A stretch of 64,000 nucleotides of DNA from an uncultured Planctomycetota bacterium (GTDB lineage Bacteria > Planctomycetota > Planctomycetia > Gemmatales > Gemmataceae): assembly GCA_963849325.1 (NCBI GenBank), contig CAWKHF010000007.1, forward strand, positions 512,001 through 576,000, in the 5' to 3' direction. The notes beneath the pieces are model-generated. The model had not been told where the DNA came from. It made no database searches and was given only the letters and a program-made list of their open reading frames with translations. Shown in pieces: positions 1 to 11,993 of this stretch (its first letter is position 1; every line of letters starts with the position of its first letter). Position numbers and translations under genes: made by a program.

Positions 1-578
1 TGTCGGACCACGGATTGGCGGCGCGGTCGATGCCGAAGGCGAGCTTGTTGGCCGCCGCGGCGCTGACCATGCACAGCCGGCCGTTGTAGTCGATGTTCGC
101 CGTCTTCAGGCACATGCGGGCGAACTTGCCCATCAAGTACGCTTTCTCGTTGGTCAGGCTCGCCCCGCTGAGCACGGCGAAGGCGTCGGCGCCGTGCGCC
201 GCCTGAATGTCGCTGGATGGCGGCGGCGACGCGCTCGATGGCCGCGTCGTAGGGGATGGAGCGAAAGCCTCCCGGCGCGGACGGATCGCGGTGGTAGGCG
301 TGCAGCAGGCGGTCGGGGTGCGAGCCTTGCAGGTAGCGCTTGACGCCCTTGGGGCAGAGCATGCCGCGATTGAAGGGGAACTCGTCCCACGGCTCGAAGC
401 CGACGACCTGGTTGTCCTTGACCTTGAGCTGGATGCCGCACTGCTGGCCGCAGAAGCAGCAGTGCGTCTTGACGAGGCGGTCCACCTCCGCGCCGGCGGC
501 GGCCGAGCCGAGGGAGTAGGCGCGGTGCGGGCCGAAGTGCTCGAGGATGTCCAGAGATGCGACGGGTTGCGTGGCCAT
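1..578 (-). CDS. Molybdopterin oxidoreductase, assimilatory nitrate reductase catalytic-subunit type (5' part; runs off window; frameshift near 205)
   Basis: Manual translation [10 protein letters not shown]...[43 protein letters not shown] (4Fe-4S CxxCxxxC...C), then [19 protein letters not shown]...[13 protein letters not shown]. Confidence 0.85.
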   Translation of the reverse strand, partial: MATQPVASLDILEHFGPHRAYSLGSAAAGAEVDRLVKTHCCFCGQQCGIQLKVKDNQVVGFEPWDEFPFNRGMLCPKGVKRYLQGSHPDRLLHAYHRDPSAPGGFRSIPYDAAIERVAAAIQRHSGGARRRRLRRAQRGEPDQRESVLDGQVRPHVPEDGEHRLQRPAVHGQRRGGQQARLRHRPRRQSVVR

Positions 579-590
579 GATCGTCCGTTC

Positions 591-1694
591 TCACAAGGTC
601 ACGACAACAGGGATTGCGAGCTTTCGCACCGAAGCATCGGGGCTGACTCGTCCCGGTCCGGTCCACAGGTTCGCGTGCGCCCGGCAGACGAGCGGCTCGG
701 CGGCAGGGCGGGCAAATCCACTGGTAATGTCCCGCTGGCGTGCCGCCGATCTCGTAGCGATAGCCGAGCTGCCGCTTCGACGGCGATGAGGTCCTCGACG
801 TGCATCCGCGAGGCGAAGACGGCGTGGCAGCGACGACAATGGGCCGGCTCGCCCTCGCGGCCGGCGTCCTTGTAGGCGCCGACGGCCAGGTGGGCCGGAC
901 GCATGAAAATGTGAAACAGCTTGCCGAACGGCAGCCACAACAGCGTGAAGATCACGGTGACGGCGTGCAGGATGGCCAGGAAGTCGTAGGCGTAGCCGTG
1001 CATCCAGGTGTAGCTGACCGTCAAGCAGCAGGCCGGTGACGCTGATGGCGAACAAGCAGTACCAGGGGCAGGAAGTCCTCGCCGAACTGTTGCAGCGCCG
1101 CCGCCCCCTGGTCGCGCAGCCGCCGCCGCATCGCCAGCAGCACGCCGGCGATCACCAGCAAGCGACGACCAGACCAGACCGTGAAAGATCACGAAGCCGA
1201 ACAGCGAGTGCGATGGCGAACTCCATGGCGGCGAAGCCGAACACGTGGACGCGGTAGCGCGTCAGGTCGCCCGGCACCGTCTCGAAGTGGACCCAGCCGA
1301 ACACGAGCGGGAAGGTGATGGCGAGGGCGGTGACGCAGCCCCACATGATGCAGAAGTGGGCCGCCCCGCGCAGCAGGCCGCGCCGCCAGATGAAGCGGTT
1401 GCCGGCGAAGTCGGCGGCGAACCGCCGCAGCAGACGGACGCCGTGACGGCCAAATCCGCCGTTGCGGAGCAGCAGTCGTCCGCCACGCCGCCAGTACATC
1501 GCGGTCGGCGGCCGTTGCAGCCACATTACCCAGCGATAGGTGATGCCGAAGACGGCGAACAGCGTGGCGAAGGTGTAGCCGAGCAGGGCCACGTCGAAGT
1601 CGGCCAGGTTGCGCGATCCCAGGACGATAAGCCCAGCCAGCGTCACGGTCGCCAGCAAGGCCCATCGGGTCGCTCGTCGTCGCTCGGGAACCAT
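591..1694 (-). CDS. Polytopic membrane protein preceding the molybdoenzyme (several frameshifts)
   Basis: ORF pieces 1152-1745, 599-1192 and 591-1055 join into one hydrophobic protein ending [16 protein letters not shown]...CRRC...CP. Confidence 0.7.
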
Positions 1695-1886
1695 CGTCAC
1701 ATGCGACTCCTTGCCGTGGCCGCCGACTTTCGGCGCCAGGCGCAACGCGGACGTATTCCGCGTCCCCTCCAGGACGCGGAGCCAGAACCTTCAAGGCTTG
1801 GCTCAAGCAGCTTATTGCGGATGTCGGCCACCAACGCATTCCGATTGCCGGGGCCGTCCTCGGGGCATGGAGGACATCGCCTTGTA

Positions 1887-1902
1887 AGCACGTTCAATGC
1901 CA
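1887..1902 (-). promoter_or_regulatory. Putative sigma-54 (-24/-12) promoter of the nitrate reductase operon
   Basis: Minus strand TGGCATTGAACGTGCT = GG-N10-GC, about 190 bp upstream of the start. Confidence 0.55.
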
Positions 1903-2002
1903 TAACCGTGCGTGCGGGGAGAATGTTCCCTAAATCTCCCGTGGACAAGAAGATAAGCGAGAAGGATTCCGGAAGGCGAAGGGACCGGGACTGCGGCGCG
2001 CG

Positions 2003-2032
2003 TGCTTGCTTGCTATGCACGATCTGTTAGCA
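2003..2032. promoter_or_regulatory. Putative NtrC-like enhancer sites
   Basis: Two overlapping TGC-N11-GCA 17-mers: TGCTTGCTTGCTATGCA (2003-2019) and TGCACGATCTGTTAGCA (2016-2032). Confidence 0.4.
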
Positions 2033-2331
2033 AGCTGAGCAGATACCCTCCCGACCAGCCGCGAGCGAACGCTTGCGACGGATGTTTTTCGCCTTGCGGA
2101 TGGGGTGGACATTTCCGCGATATAACTCAATCCGATCCTTTCTCCGGTCGATAACGGACCTGGCGGGCTTACGGAATAATCGCGCGGACCCGCACCGTTT
2201 CGCCAGTCGGCACAGACGGCGAATCGAGAGCGGTCTTCGCATCCACCCCCTCTTCGCGCGTCGCCGGAAGCCTCCCGGAGAGGAGGCCGTTTGGACTGCG
2301 CGCCGCAGGCTCCCTAATGTAAGGAGACACA

Positions 2332-3075
2332 ATGGCCGATCTCGCCTCCACGAATCCCTATCAATACGAGGACTTGCTGGTCCGCTCGAACGATCTGTAC
2401 GCCAACACCAAGTATCAGATCCTGCATCGTCATTTGAAAGGTAAGAAGGGCTTGCACATCCTCAACGCCGGCTGCGGCTCGGGCGAGCTGTCGCTCCAGC
2501 TGGCGGCGGCCGGCCATCGCGTGCTGGGCATCGATCCCGCGCCGGACTACATCGACCTGGCCCGCCGCAACGCCGAACGAATCGGCGTGGCGAATTGCTC
2601 GTTCCTCGTCTCCGCCATCGAGGATTTCCACGCCGACGAGGCGTTCGACTGCGTCGTGGCCACCAACGTCCTCGAACACATCGAGGACGACTCCACGGCG
2701 TTCGAGAAGCTGGTGCAGCTGGTCAAGCCGGACGGCCTGATTCTGATTACGGTCCCCGCCGGGCAGTGGCTCTTCGGCTACCACGACGTGGAGCTGGGGC
2801 ACTACCGCCGTTATTCGCGCAGCCGCCTGCGCCGCCTGGTGTCCGGCTGGTGCCGCGTCGAGGCACTCCGCTACTTCGGCTTCAGCCTGATTCCGGTTTG
2901 CTACCTCTACAGCAAGGTCCTGCGCAAACCCTACCCCGTCGGCGAATCGGGAGACAGCAAAAAGAACCCGGTCGTGGCGTTGACCTTGAAGTCGATGCTG
3001 GGCCTGGATCGCCTGCTGCCGATGCCGTTTGGCACCAGCCTGATCCTGAAAGCGACGCCCCGGCGAGCGGCCTGA
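2332..3075 (+). CDS. Class I SAM-dependent methyltransferase
   Basis: ILNAGCGSG motif I, VLEHIEDD, HYRRY; RBS AAGGAG. Confidence 0.85.
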   Translation: MADLASTNPYQYEDLLVRSNDLYANTKYQILHRHLKGKKGLHILNAGCGSGELSLQLAAAGHRVLGIDPAPDYIDLARRNAERIGVANCSFLVSAIEDFHADEAFDCVVATNVLEHIEDDSTAFEKLVQLVKPDGLILITVPAGQWLFGYHDVELGHYRRYSRSRLRRLVSGWCRVEALRYFGFSLIPVCYLYSKVLRKPYPVGESGDSKKNPVVALTLKSMLGLDRLLPMPFGTSLILKATPRRAA

Positions 3076-3083
3076 GCCGCCGC

Positions 3084-3770
3084 TCACGTTCCGCGTCGAT
3101 TGCCATACAGTTCGATGTGCAAACGCGGACAGTAGCGGAAGCCGTGCTGTTTGCATACCTCGGCCAGCCAGGCGCCGCGGCGGGCCAGTTCCTCGGAGCT
3201 GGTCCCCTGCGGCATCAGCAGCACCTTGGTCGGGTCCACGTCGCGCAGCCCGGCCACGATTTCGTGTACCTCGGCCACGTCTGCGGCCTGGTCGATGACG
3301 AATTTGAGCTGATAGTCCGAGCGCTCCATGAACGCCTGGATGACGTCCCGGCGCAGACGCAGCCGGTCGTGGCGGGCGGCCCAGCGGCCGCCCTCGCGCT
3401 CGTGCGGGATCGAGTTCGTCAGCTTCGGACTGAGGCTGGCCAGGTCGCACGCCACTTCCTTGAAGATCACGCCCGCCGTCTCGATGGTGATGTGATAGCC
3501 GCGCTCGCGCAGGCCGGCGCACAGCTCTTCGATGCCCGCCGCGATGAACGGTTCGCCGCCGGTGACAACGACGTGTCGCGTGGGGAATGAGGCCAGGCGC
3601 GCCAGGATCTCGTCAATGCGGAGCGGCTCTCCCCGCGGCCGCCAGGACGTGTATTCCGAATCGCACCAGACGCAGCGCAGCGGGCAGCCGGTGGTGCGCA
3701 CGAACGCCGACGGCACACCCAGGAGCCGGCCCTCGCCCTGAATCGAAAAGAAAAGGTCCGCGATCTTCAT
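3084..3770 (-). CDS. queE: 7-carboxy-7-deazaguanine synthase (radical SAM)
   Basis: FFSIQGEG, CPLRCVWCD (CxxxCxxC), VTGGEP, LSPKL, PRLH. Confidence 0.9.
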   Translation of the reverse strand: MKIADLFFSIQGEGRLLGVPSAFVRTTGCPLRCVWCDSEYTSWRPRGEPLRIDEILARLASFPTRHVVVTGGEPFIAAGIEELCAGLRERGYHITIETAGVIFKEVACDLASLSPKLTNSIPHEREGGRWAARHDRLRLRRDVIQAFMERSDYQLKFVIDQAADVAEVHEIVAGLRDVDPTKVLLMPQGTSSEELARRGAWLAEVCKQHGFRYCPRLHIELYGNRRGT

Positions 3771-3867
3771 GCGACATCCGCCTCGGCCGCCCCACCGGGA
3801 CGGCGCTCCTTCATCGTAGAGCATCGCGGAGCGGATGTCTCCGTAGAGGCGAATACGGCCGGGGAAC

Positions 3868-4820
3868 TCACCAGTCGGAAGCGAGCGGGTTGCCGTCGCG
3901 CGGGTCGCAGGCGTTGGCCCAGGTGGCCGGGCTGATGCCCTCGGCGACGAAGCGAACGCTGCCGTCGCCCAGGCCGACGTTCGTGCCGCCGGTGTGGCCG
4001 GACTGGCCGCGTCCGGGATCGCAATTGGTGAACGGCTGCGGCCGTACCTGGAACAACTCGCACGGGGCGTAACCGGGTGAGGCGTTCTTGAGCACGTTGT
4101 TGTGGCACAGCATCGGCCGCCATTTCAACGTCGAGTCGGACCACAGCGAGCCGAAGGCGAACGACGCATCACCCCACAGACCGCACGAGGCGTAGACCTC
4201 GCCGAAGAGGACCGTGTTCGACAGGCCGTCCGGCACCGAACGCGGCAGGGCGGCGGACCCCTGGACGCAGTCGAAATCACTGTTGCCGTTGGGATTGCCG
4301 AAGACGTAGTAGTTGGCGCCGTAGCAGCCGGCGGCGAAGCTGTCGGCGCCCGCATAGGTGGTCGTGCAGTAGCCGTTGGCGACCGACGGGTCCGACGGAC
4401 AGACATACGTCTTGATGACCGTCTGATACTGTCCGCCGCAATAGCCGCCGCTGTAATTGGAGCTGCGCGGGATGTCGCCTTTGACCAACAGGTTGTAGAC
4501 GTTTTGCTGTTCCAAATAGGGCAACAGGAAGGAGAAGCACGTCCAGGCGCCGCCGTTGTAACAGGGGGCCGCCTCCGTCAGGGCCGTCCAGCCGTCCGGG
4601 CGCACAAGGGCGGCAGCACTTGCATCGTGTCGTTGATGTTCTGCGTCGCCAGGCCGATTTGCTGGAGGTTGTTCTGACACTGGACGCGGTTGGCCGCCTC
4701 ACGCACTTTTTGCACCGCCGGCAAGAGCAGGGCGAGCAGCACGGCGAGAATAGCGAGGACCACCAGTAGTTCGATGAGCGTGAATCCACTCCGGTGGCCG
4801 TCTCGGCAAGGCGGGAACAT
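3868..4820 (-). CDS. DUF1559 prepilin-type protein (frameshift near 4600)
   Basis: [10 protein letters not shown]...[21 protein letters not shown]-terminal H-X9-DG ([14 protein letters not shown]). Confidence 0.9.
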
Positions 4821-4965
4821 GGATTGCTCCTGGACAACGGATCGGGGCGAATCATGCTCGTTTGCCCGCGCGAGAGAACACGGGTGGGAGCTGGATGCGT
4901 GCCGTGATGGACAATTCACCTCCTCGGCGGTAGGCTGATCCCAGTTTAACACGAGGGCCTCTCGC

Positions 4966-6216
4966 ATGAAAGTCAGCGCATGTGCGGCGTTGTTCCTTCT
5001 GAGTTTTTCCCTGTCGATCGTTGCTCTCGCCGACGAGAAAAAGGACGTTCCCGCGCCTCCCAGGTCGCGGGGGCCGGTGAAGCTAACCGAGGCGGCCCTG
5101 CGCCTCCACCGCGAGGCGCTGGTGATCGACGGTCACAACGACCTGCCCTGGCAGTTCCGCGAGAAGGACGACCTGTCGCTGCGCAAGATCGACCTGCGCC
5201 GGCCGCAGAAGGGGTTGCACACGGACATTCCGCGTCTGCGCCAGGGCGGCGTCGGCGCCCAGTTCTGGTCGGCCTTCGTCCCGGCGGACACGCGCCGCAA
5301 GGGCACGGCCGTCCGTCTGACGCTGGAACAGATCAACGTCATCCACCGCATGGTGGCGGCCTATCCCGACACGTTCGAGATGGCGTACACCGCCGACGAC
5401 ATCGTGCGCATCCGCCACAAGGGCAAGATCGCCTCGCTGATCGGCATCGAGGGCGGCCATTCCATCGACAATTCGCTCGGGGTGCTGCGCATGCTGTACG
5501 CGCTGGGCGCCCGCTACCTGACGCTGACGCATTCCGAGACGCTCGACTGGGCGGACTCGGCCACCGACGAGCCGAGACATCACGGCCTGACCGCCTTCGG
5601 CGAGGAGGTGGTGCGCGAGATGAATCGGCTGGGCATGTTGGTGGACATCTCGCACGTCTCCGCCGACACGATGCGTCACGCCCTGCGCGTGACGCGGGCG
5701 CCGGTGATCGCCTCGCATTCGTCGGCCTACGCCGTGGCCGAGCACCCGCGCAACGTGCCCGACGACGTGCTGGCACTGGTGAAGAAGAACGGCGGCGTGG
5801 TCATGGTCAACTTCTATCCCGGCTTCGTCGTGCCGGAGGCGGCGCGGCTGACCCGCAATATGTTCCAGGTGGCCCGCGAGCTGCGGAAGAAATATCCCGA
5901 CGACCGCGACTATCGCGCGGCGATACGGCAGTGGCACAAGGAACACCCCATTCCCACCGGCAGCGTACACCACGTCGTCGATCACATCGAGCACATCATC
6001 CAGGTGGCCGGTGTCGATCACGTCGGACTCGGCTCCGACTTCGACGGCATCGCGGCGGTGCCCCGGCAGCTCGAAGATGTCTCCTGTTATCCGTACATCA
6101 CGCAGGAATTGCTGAATCGCGGACACAACAAGGAGGATATTTTGAAGATACTCGGCGGCAACCTGCTGCGCGCGCTGCGACAAGCGGAACGAGTGGCGAA
6201 AGAGACAATAAAGTGA
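4966..6216 (+). CDS. Membrane dipeptidase (M19), signal peptide
   Basis: [29 protein letters not shown]. Confidence 0.93.
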   Translation: MKVSACAALFLLSFSLSIVALADEKKDVPAPPRSRGPVKLTEAALRLHREALVIDGHNDLPWQFREKDDLSLRKIDLRRPQKGLHTDIPRLRQGGVGAQFWSAFVPADTRRKGTAVRLTLEQINVIHRMVAAYPDTFEMAYTADDIVRIRHKGKIASLIGIEGGHSIDNSLGVLRMLYALGARYLTLTHSETLDWADSATDEPRHHGLTAFGEEVVREMNRLGMLVDISHVSADTMRHALRVTRAPVIASHSSAYAVAEHPRNVPDDVLALVKKNGGVVMVNFYPGFVVPEAARLTRNMFQVARELRKKYPDDRDYRAAIRQWHKEHPIPTGSVHHVVDHIEHIIQVAGVDHVGLGSDFDGIAAVPRQLEDVSCYPYITQELLNRGHNKEDILKILGGNLLRALRQAERVAKETIK

Positions 6217-6217
6217 A

Positions 6218-6949
6218 TCAGCGGATACGGAGCACCTGGCACGTCTCCTCGTAAGTCTGTTCCAGTTCCAGCGGCACGGCCAGGTTGCTCGCCAGCCACA
6301 GGGGTAGCGTCGGCAGTGGGGCGCCGAGCGCGAGCTGTTCCGGCCAAATCTCCATCCGCCAGGCGTCCTTCTCCTTGGTGGTGCGATAAGCGACGGCGTA
6401 GAGGGACACAACGTCCGGGTCCACCGCCGGCGCAGGCAGTTGCAGCAATTCCATCAACTCGACATGGAGGTTGGCGAGCCGATCCGTCACCACATCGACG
6501 ATGACGACGGACACACGCTGCTGCAAATAGGCGGCGCACTTGATGGCGAAGGCCTGGCGGGTTTCGAGACGGTCTTTATTGCTGGGGCTGACCAACTCGA
6601 CGGCTGCGACGAGTCGGTACCCCTCGTCCTCATCGTAGACGCGCACCTCGAAGACATCCTGCGCCGGAAGATCAATGGCTATCGTCTGTGCCGGTCGAGG
6701 AGGCGCCCAGACGGCGGTAGCGACTCCACCGTTGGGGCTGCCTGTGTCAGGGACGGGCGACTCTTCCTCGAAGGTCGCTACATCCACTTCCACGAACGTC
6801 CCGAGGTGGGCGTGGGGAGCTGAACGATAACGGCGGGACAACCAGCGCAAATTTAAACAACGAACGATTGTGTTCGCCCAGGCACTATGAAAGCTTTCCC
6901 AATGGGGCTGGTTTTTCAGCGGTGGATGAAAGTGATCGCGTAGCGGCAT
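6218..6949 (-). CDS. DUF4058-like PD-(D/E)XK-fold protein
   Basis: MPLRDHFHPP..WESFHSAW, VAAVELVSPSNK, LPTLPLWL. Confidence 0.8.
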   Translation of the reverse strand: MPLRDHFHPPLKNQPHWESFHSAWANTIVRCLNLRWLSRRYRSAPHAHLGTFVEVDVATFEEESPVPDTGSPNGGVATAVWAPPRPAQTIAIDLPAQDVFEVRVYDEDEGYRLVAAVELVSPSNKDRLETRQAFAIKCAAYLQQRVSVVIVDVVTDRLANLHVELMELLQLPAPAVDPDVVSLYAVAYRTTKEKDAWRMEIWPEQLALGAPLPTLPLWLASNLAVPLELEQTYEETCQVLRIR

Positions 6950-7004
6950 GGACCGATCCTCCGGGATGGTGGTAAATCACGGCCCTCTCTTCATGATACC
7001 AGGA

Positions 7005-8508
7005 TCAGGCCAGCACCTCAGGGATGACGGCGCCTTCGGACAGCAGCGGCAGGGGACGACCGGCGCGGTCGGTCAGAGTGGTTTCCGGATCGATGCCGAG
7101 CAGATGATAGACAGTAGCGAGCACGTCCTTGGGCGAAATCGGCCGTTCGATCACGTCGCCAGCGATCTTGTCGGTCTTGCCTACGACTCGTCCTCGGGCC
7201 ACGCCGCCGCCGGCCAGCAGTCCGCAGTAAGCCCGCGACCAGTGATCGCGTCCGCCGCCCTTGACGTTGCTCAGCTTCGGCGTCCGCCCATGCTCGCTCA
7301 GACACAGCACCAAGGTTTCGTCGAGCAGGCCGCGCACGTCCAGGTCTTCGATCAGCCCGGCCAAAGCGAGGTCGAAGCCCGGCATCAGCTCTTGCTTCAT
7401 GCGCGGGTAGTGGTCCCAGTGCGTGTCCCACGCCGAGCCGGCCAGACCGTACTCGTCCCAGAAGACGCTGACGAAGCGCGAACCCGCCTCGACCAGTCGC
7501 CGCGCCGTCAGGGCGGCCTGGCCGAAGATGGTCAGGCCATACGACTCGCGCAGCCGTCGCGGCTCGCGGCTCAGATCGAGGGCGGCGCGGACCTTCTCGG
7601 AGCCGATCAGGTTGTAGGCCATCTCGCGGTAGCGGTTGAAACTGCGGCCGGCGTCGGTCGTTCGCAGGTCGCGCCGCGCCTGATCGAACTGCTCAACCAG
7701 CGAACGGCGGCCGTCGAGTCGATCCAGCGTGATGTCGCGCGGCAGCTCGGTGGCCGTCGCCAGTTCGAAGCGGCTATCCGGCGTGATGCCCACGTATGGC
7801 TCGGCCACGTCCAGTTTCTGCTCTTGCAGCGTCTTGACGATGTGCCGCGTGGCTTGCCCGTGGAACTCGGTCCAGACCGGGTTGTAGGCGCCGCCGAGGA
7901 AGGCGGCGTAGGGACCAGCGCGAGCAACCTCGCCGACGCGGCGACTGCTGAACGGGAACGGCAAGGCGATGTTCTGGGGCACCGCTGGCGGCTTGCGACC
8001 CGGTTTTTGTCGGCCGACGTAGTCCACCACGGAGCCGAGGAACGGCCAGTGTCGGGGATCGCGCGGATTCAGCTCCATCGGCACATCGATTTGCGGCACA
8101 CCCGTCAAAGCGTAGGCGACGCCGTGCAGCGGATACGGATGGCGGAGCGAGCGCACCACCGTGACGCGGTCCATCACGCGGGCGGCGTTGGGCAGCAACT
8201 CACAAACGTCCAGGCCGGGCAGGCGCGAACGGATCGGCTTCAGCTCCCCGCGAATCTCCACTGGAGCGTCCGGCTTCATGTCGAAGGTTTCGAGCTGACT
8301 GGGCGCGCCATACAGATAGAGCAAGATGCACGACTTGGCCCGGCCGAAGCTTTGGTGCAATCGTTCCGGCGAGGGGGCGGCTTGCGTCCGGCTCAGGCGC
8401 AAGTAGTCCGCGAGACTGATGCCGAGCAAGCCCAGCCCGCCGGCGCAGCATCTCTCGCCGCGTCCAGCCGTTGCACAGGCGTTTGGGCGAGCCGAGAATC
8501 CGAAGCAT
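7005..8508 (-). CDS. DUF1501 protein (frameshift near 8445)
   Basis: TRREML N-terminus, AKSCILLYLYGAPSQLETFDMKP, WDTH, EHGRTP, GRDHW. Confidence 0.9.
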
Positions 8509-8713
8509 GAACCGAGCCTCCGCCGTTCTCTGTTCGCGGTTACGCTGTCTTGTTCTTCCGATGCTAGGCGAAGCGGCGCTCCACTGCAAGGAACAAAACC
8601 GTGCCGGGAGCCTTCGCGGATGCTTTGACCCTCGCCGCGGCCCTTGCTAGAATCAGTTCATTCCACGGCCGACGGTTGGATGATCGACGGCTTCGGGGAG
8701 GGGGAGGAACACC

Positions 8714-9295
8714 ATGTCGGCGACGTTGACGTCGGTCTCCTATTTCAAGCGCTACAAGATGGAAATGGACCTGCATGGGCTGCCGTCGCCGCAGCTGCCG
8801 GAGGAGTTCCACTTCCTTGGCTGGGGCGCCGATCAGCTCGACGTACATGCCGAATTGCTGTTCGACTGCTTTCACCAGGAGATTGATGCCCGCGTCTTCG
8901 CCAGCCTGGGCGACCGGCAGGGTTCGCTGTGCCTGATGATCGAGATGAGCCGCAAGCGCGGCTTTCTGCCCGAGGCGACCTGGTTGCTGATGGGTCCGTT
9001 CGGCCCGTGCGGCACGGTGCAGGGCATGCGCGAACGCAGCGGGCTGGGGTCGATTCAAAACATCGGCATCGTGCCGGCCTACCGCGGCCGGGGGCTGGGC
9101 GAGGCGCTGCTGCTGCAAGCGCTGCATGGCTTTCGAGGCCTGGGACTCGGCCGCGCCCAGCTGGAAGTGACCGCCCAGAACGATACGGCCATCCGTTTGT
9201 ACCGTCGCCTGGGCTTCCGCCGCTCCAAGACGCTGTACAAGGCCGTGCCCGATCAAGTTCTCAGTTGTCAGTTGCCAGTTGTCAGTTCTCGGTGA
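8714..9295 (+). CDS. GNAT acetyltransferase
   Basis: YRGRGLG acetyl-CoA motif, NDTAIRLYRRLGF; C-terminus runs into a palindromic repeat. Confidence 0.85.
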   Translation: MSATLTSVSYFKRYKMEMDLHGLPSPQLPEEFHFLGWGADQLDVHAELLFDCFHQEIDARVFASLGDRQGSLCLMIEMSRKRGFLPEATWLLMGPFGPCGTVQGMRERSGLGSIQNIGIVPAYRGRGLGEALLLQALHGFRGLGLGRAQLEVTAQNDTAIRLYRRLGFRRSKTLYKAVPDQVLSCQLPVVSSR

Positions 9296-9348
9296 AGAAG
9301 TTCGGAGTTCCGTCTTCACTGACAACTGACAACTGACAACTGACAACT
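9261..9348. repeat. Palindromic element built of 7-bp CAGTTGT / ACAACTG units
   Basis: (CAGTTGT)n ... (CTGACAA)n inverted arms. Confidence 0.85.
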
Positions 9349-9357
9349 ATTTGTGAG

Positions 9358-10602
9358 GTGCATGTGCAGCCTGAAGTCTACCAGCACACCTTCGCCAATG
9401 GACTGACCTTGCTGGCCGAGCGCATGGAGCACGTGCGTTCGGCCGCCCTCAATTTTCTGGTGCCGGCCGGCTGCGTCTACGACCCGCCCGACCAGCTCGG
9501 CGTCGCCGCCGTGCTCGCCGACCTCATCACGCGCGGCGCCGGGCCGCGCGACAGCCACGAGCTGACGTTGGCCCTGGACAACCTCGGCCTGGATCGCAGC
9601 GAGAGCGTCGGCCTGATGCACACGCGATTCTGGGGCGCCACCGTCGCCCGCAACATCCCCGCCGCGCTCGAAATCTACGCCGACATCCTTCGCCGTCCGC
9701 ACCTGCCCGACGATGAGGTGGACGCCGTGAAGGCCCTCGCCCTGCAGGACCTGCGCGGCCTGGAAGACGAGCCGCGCTCCAAGGTGCTCATCGAGCTGCG
9801 CAAGCACTATTACCCGACGCCGCTGAGCAACGATCATCGCGGTACGGTCGAGGGCATCAATCGTTTGACCGGCGACCTCATCCGCGCTCAGCATCGCCGT
9901 TTGTTTCATCCCGCCGGCACCATCCTGTCGGTGGCCGGCAATATCGCCTGGCAGCCGCTGCTCGACCAGGTGGGCCGTCTGTTCGGCGACTGGACCGGCC
10001 AGTCCGAAACGCCCCTCTCGTGCGGCCCGCAGCCGGACACTCGCGCCCACGTCGCCAAGGAACTGGAACAGACGCAGATCGGCGTCGCCTACGCCAGCGT
10101 TCCCATCGGCGATCCGGAGTATTACGCTGCCCTGGGCGCCGTCAATGTCCTGTCGGGCAACATGAGTTCGCGCCTGTTCACGGAGGTACGCGAGAAAGAG
10201 GGACTGTGCTACTCGGTGTGGGCGACCTATCAGACGCTGAAGGATCGCGCTCGCGTCATCTGCTACGCCGGCTCGCGCAACGAACGCGCCCAGCGTACCC
10301 TCGACGTACTGCTGCGCGAGCTGCGGCGACTGCCCGAGGGCGTCGAAGCCGACGAGGTCGAACGCGTCCAGGCCGGCCTCAAGTCGTCGCTCATCATGCA
10401 GCAGGAATCGACCGCCGGCCGCGCCCTGTCGCTGGCCTCCGACTGGTACTACCTCGGCCGCGTGCGCAGCTTCGACGAGATCCAGGCGGCGATCGATGGA
10501 CTGACGCCTGAGAACATCGGCCAGCACGTGCGCCGCTGTCCGCCGCGCGATTTCACCATCGTCACCCTCGGACCCAAACCCTTAACCGCGAATGAGCATT
10601 AA
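9358..10602 (+). CDS. M16B peptidase, non-catalytic-type subunit
   Basis: M16 features (SSRLFTEVREKEGLCYSV) but HxxEH absent. Confidence 0.85.
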   Translation: MHVQPEVYQHTFANGLTLLAERMEHVRSAALNFLVPAGCVYDPPDQLGVAAVLADLITRGAGPRDSHELTLALDNLGLDRSESVGLMHTRFWGATVARNIPAALEIYADILRRPHLPDDEVDAVKALALQDLRGLEDEPRSKVLIELRKHYYPTPLSNDHRGTVEGINRLTGDLIRAQHRRLFHPAGTILSVAGNIAWQPLLDQVGRLFGDWTGQSETPLSCGPQPDTRAHVAKELEQTQIGVAYASVPIGDPEYYAALGAVNVLSGNMSSRLFTEVREKEGLCYSVWATYQTLKDRARVICYAGSRNERAQRTLDVLLRELRRLPEGVEADEVERVQAGLKSSLIMQQESTAGRALSLASDWYYLGRVRSFDEIQAAIDGLTPENIGQHVRRCPPRDFTIVTLGPKPLTANEH

Positions 10603-10719
10603 AACCACGAATCACACGAATAACACGAATAAATACAAAAGACAAAACACACCGATAATGGAGGCGTATTCTATTTCTGTCTTTCTTTTATTTGTGTGAT
10701 TCGTGTGATTCGTGGTTTT
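10601..10719. repeat. Palindromic element, AACCACGAATCACACGAA family
   Basis: Inverted arms of 9-bp units; same family at 15901-15980. Confidence 0.85.
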
Positions 10720-10735
10720 GAAATGGAGCGTTTTC

Positions 10736-11993
10736 ATGCCTTTCCACCGCCACACCCTGGCCAACGGCCTGCAAATCATCGGCGAGACCAGTCCCTCGGC
10801 GCGCTCGGCGGCGCTGGGCTTCTTCGTCCGCACCGGCGCCCGCGATGAGACGCCCTCGGAGTGCGGCGTGACGCACTTCCTCGAACACATGGTCTTCAAG
10901 GGCACGCCGCACCGCACCGCCCTGGACGTCAACCGCGACTTCGACAAGCATCGGCGCCGACTACAACGCCTTCACCAGCGAGGAGAACACCGTCTTTCAC
11001 GCCGCCGTCCTGCCCGAGTATCTGCCGCAGGCCGTGGACATCCTCGCCGACATCCTTCGGCCGAGCCTCCGCCACGACGACTTCGACATGGAGAAGAAGG
11101 TCATCATCGAGGAGATCGGCATGTACGAGGACCAGCCGATGTGGTCCGCCTACGACCACGCCAAGCGCGTCTACTTCGCCGAGCACAAACTGGGCAACAG
11201 CATCCTCGGCACGCCGCAGAGCATCACCGCCCTGACGCGCGACCAGATGCACGCCTACTTCCAGCGCCGCTACGTCGCTCCCAACATCACGGTCGTCGCC
11301 GCGGGGAACTTCGATTGGCCGCGTTTCATCGGCATCGTCGAGAAGCATTGCGGTTCGTGGGAGAAAGGCTCCGTCGGTCGGGACGGCGTGTGTGAGACGC
11401 ACGGCTCGGGGCGGTTCGAGGTGATGACCAAGGAGAAGGTCATGCAGGAACACGTCATCCTGATGACGCCGGGTCCGGCGGCCGACTCGCCGCTGCGGCA
11501 CGCCGCCGACCTGCTGAGCATGGCCGTCGGCGACGACTCGGGCAGCCGGCTGTACTGGGCGCTGGTCGATCCGGGACTGGCCGACTCGGCCGATTGCAGC
11601 TTCCACGAGTACGAGGGCACGGGAGCCTTCTACACCTCGTTCGGCTGCGAGCCGGACCAGGCCGAGGACGATTTGGCCATCGTCCGTGATGTGCTGCATG
11701 GGGTGCAGACCAACGGCATCCGCGAGGAGGAATTGAACCAGGCCCGCAGCAAAGTCCTGTCGCGCGTGGTGCGCGGCAGCGAACGGCCCAAGGGACGCAT
11801 GATGGCCATCGGCATGGGCTGGACCTACCAGCACGAATATCGTTCGGTGGACGACGACCTGCGCGCCTACGAGGCGGTCACGCTGTCGGCCATCCGGGAG
11901 GTGCTGGAACGCTATCCCATCGATCGGTTGACGACGCTGGCGCTGGGACCGCTGGCGAAGCTGTCCGAGCCGACGGCGAACGGATCGAGATGA
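10736..11993 (+). CDS. M16B peptidase, catalytic subunit (frameshift near 10950)
   Basis: [12 protein letters not shown] (HxxEH), NAFTSEE. Confidence 0.9.
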
